64,000 bases of DNA, from positions 2,464,001 to 2,528,000 of the forward strand of contig OZ244170.1 in NCBI GenBank assembly GCA_965216565.1, in the 5' to 3' direction. A program made the position numbers and the translations under genes. The notes under the pieces are model-generated. The model was not told the origin of the DNA. It made no database searches and worked only from the letters and a program-made list of their open reading frames with translations. The stretch is from Bythopirellula sp. (lineage in GTDB: Bacteria; Planctomycetota; Planctomycetia; Pirellulales; Lacipirellulaceae). Shown piece after piece: positions 62,341 through 64,000 of the stretch; within the stretch, counting starts at the first letter, position 1, and each line of letters starts with the position of its first letter.

Positions 62341-64000
62341 CTAGTCGGTTGCGGCTTCTAGCTCTTCCCAACGGGCGTAGGACTTAGCCAGTTGGTCTTC
62401 CAGTTTTTTGAGCTGCGATTGATCGGCGGCAATGACGGTGCCGTCTTGCTGGTAGTATTCGGCTGCGGCCATCTTGCTGTGAAACTCAGCGACCTCGGCC
62501 TCCAAGCCCTCAATGGTCGCTGGCAATTTTTTGAGTTCGTGCTGCTCGTTGAAGCTCAGCTTCTTCTTGCTCGGCGTCGATTTCGTTTTTTGCGGCTTCG
62601 CGGATTGCTCTTTTGTCGCGGTTGATGCTTCTTGAGCTGTTCTTTGCGCCAACCAGTCGTCGTAGCCGCCCACGTATTCCTTCACGCCGGAGGGCTCGAA
62701 AACGATGGTACTGCTTACCACATTGTTGAGAAACGCTCGGTCATGACTCACCAGCAGAATCGTGCCGTCGTACTCCACCAGGCGTGCCTCAAGCATCTCG
62801 AGCGTCTCGGCATCGAGGTCGTTGGTCGGTTCGTCGAGCACAATCAAGTTGGCAGGCTTGGCGAAGAGTTTGGCCAATAGAACGCGGTTACGCTCGCCAC
62901 CGGAGAGAAACTTTACCTGTGTGCGGGCCCGTTCGGGCGTGAAGAGAAATTCTTGGAGGTAGCCGATGATATGCTTCTGCCGACCTCCGATTTTCAGTTC
63001 AGTTTGCCCCTCGCTTACGTTGTGTTCGATGGTTTCGTCTTCGTCGAGTTGATCGCGGAGTTGATCGAAATAAGCGATTTGCAAATTTGTGCCGGTGCGG
63101 ACCGTGCCTTGCTGCGGATCGAGTTGGCCAAGGAGAATCCTCAGCAGCGTCGACTTACCGACACCGTTGGGTCCAATGATGCCGATCTTATCGCCCCGCA
63201 TGATAAGGGTTGAAAAATCGTCGAGGATCGGTCGGTCGGGGTAGGCGAACGTAACATTCTTGGCTTCAACCACCAGGTTGCCACTTCGCTGGGCTGATTG
63301 AATGGTGAGTTGTGCGGTGCCGGTGGCTTCACGGCGTTGACTGCGCTCGACGCGCATTTTTTTGAGTGCTCGTACACGTCCCTCGTTGCGTGTGCGTCGC
63401 GCTTTGATGCCCTGACGAATCCAAACTTCTTCCTGGGCAAGTCTCTTGTCGAACAGAGCATCTTGCTTTTCCTGCGCCGCGAGTGCGGCTTCTTTTCGGC
63501 TGAGGAACGTATCGTAGTCGCACGACCAATCGAAGAGCCGACCGCGATCGATCTCCAGAATGCGTGTAGCAAGCCTGCGGAGGAACATGCGATCGTGCGT
63601 GACGAAGATCAACGTCCCTGGCCAACTGAGGAGGAAGTTCTCTAACCAGCCAATTGCATCGATATCAAGATGGTTCGTTGGTTCGTCGAGTAACAACAGA
63701 TCCGGCTGAGCCACTAATGCTGCAGCGAGCAGGACCCGCCGTTTCATGCCGGAGGAAAGGGTGTCGAATTCAGTCTCTCCCACTAGCTCCATTTGCGAAA
63801 GCGTCTTCTCGACGCGGTGCTCACCCTCCCAAGCCGAATCGGTCTGTCGTAGGCTCGCCGGCAACCCCTCGGCAACTACCTCGGCAACTTTTTTCGCGGT
63901 ATCGCTGGGCACATCTTGCTGGAGATAAGCAACCTGGGCGTCGTTTTCAAAATCGATCGTCCCGTGGTCCGGTTGAACATCGCCGCAGAGCATTTTGAGT
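62341..64000 (-). CDS. uup: ABC-F ATPase Uup (5' end outside the window)
   Basis: LSSG..LLLDEPTNHLD, GIKARRTRNEGRVRAL, GPNGVGKS, LSGGE and a C-terminal KKLSFNEQ coil. Confidence 0.92.
   Translation of the reverse strand, partial: LKMLCGDVQPDHGTIDFENDAQVAYLQQDVPSDTAKKVAEVVAEGLPASLRQTDSAWEGEHRVEKTLSQMELVGETEFDTLSSGMKRRVLLAAALVAQPDLLLLDEPTNHLDIDAIGWLENFLLSWPGTLIFVTHDRMFLRRLATRILEIDRGRLFDWSCDYDTFLSRKEAALAAQEKQDALFDKRLAQEEVWIRQGIKARRTRNEGRVRALKKMRVERSQRREATGTAQLTIQSAQRSGNLVVEAKNVTFAYPDRPILDDFSTLIMRGDKIGIIGPNGVGKSTLLRILLGQLDPQQGTVRTGTNLQIAYFDQLRDQLDEDETIEHNVSEGQTELKIGGRQKHIIGYLQEFLFTPERARTQVKFLSGGERNRVLLAKLFAKPANLIVLDEPTNDLDAETLEMLEARLVEYDGTILLVSHDRAFLNNVVSSTIVFEPSGVKEYVGGYDDWLAQRTAQEASTATKEQSAKPQKTKSTPSKKKLSFNEQHELKKLPATIEGLEAEVAEFHSKMAAAEYYQQDGTVIAADQSQLKKLEDQLAKSYARWEELEAATD

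Noticed and set aside
153..63998. Numerous ORFs of 60-230 aa overlapping called genes on the opposite strand or in other frames
   Set aside because: These are shadow ORFs expected in GC-rich coding DNA.

Overview
Chromosomal segment of a Planctomycete, judged from the PEP-CTERM, DUF1559 and TPR-alphaCTD genes (probably Pirellulales). Most of it is housekeeping: dxs-ispA-xseBA, dapF, tilS, rny-ymdB, secDF-yajC-tgt, tRNA-Thr, asd, truA-kinase-accA, dtd and uup. These are interspersed with six PEP-CTERM surface-protein genes and many short palindromic repeats. The standout feature is a 2,873-bp element present as two head-to-tail copies (49948-55719), bounded by three copies of a 26-bp core. The last core continues into a dif-like XerCD site (ACGTCCGATAA-TCATAG-TTATGTTCGTT), and the KOPS-like motif GGGCAGGG appears to point towards it. 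Each unit encodes an HUH rolling-circle Rep, a divergent ECF sigma-factor-like protein, a probable ssDNA-binding protein and a ribbon-helix-helix regulator, plus two long hairpins. It has no integrase, capsid or Zot gene. It looks like a minimal TLC-like Xer-exploiting satellite or plasmid carrying its own sigma-like gene. Other oddities are an Hcp-like domain fused to a signal peptide and PEP-CTERM, and a ParE-type toxin interrupted by one amber codon. All calls were made by eye; no searches were run.
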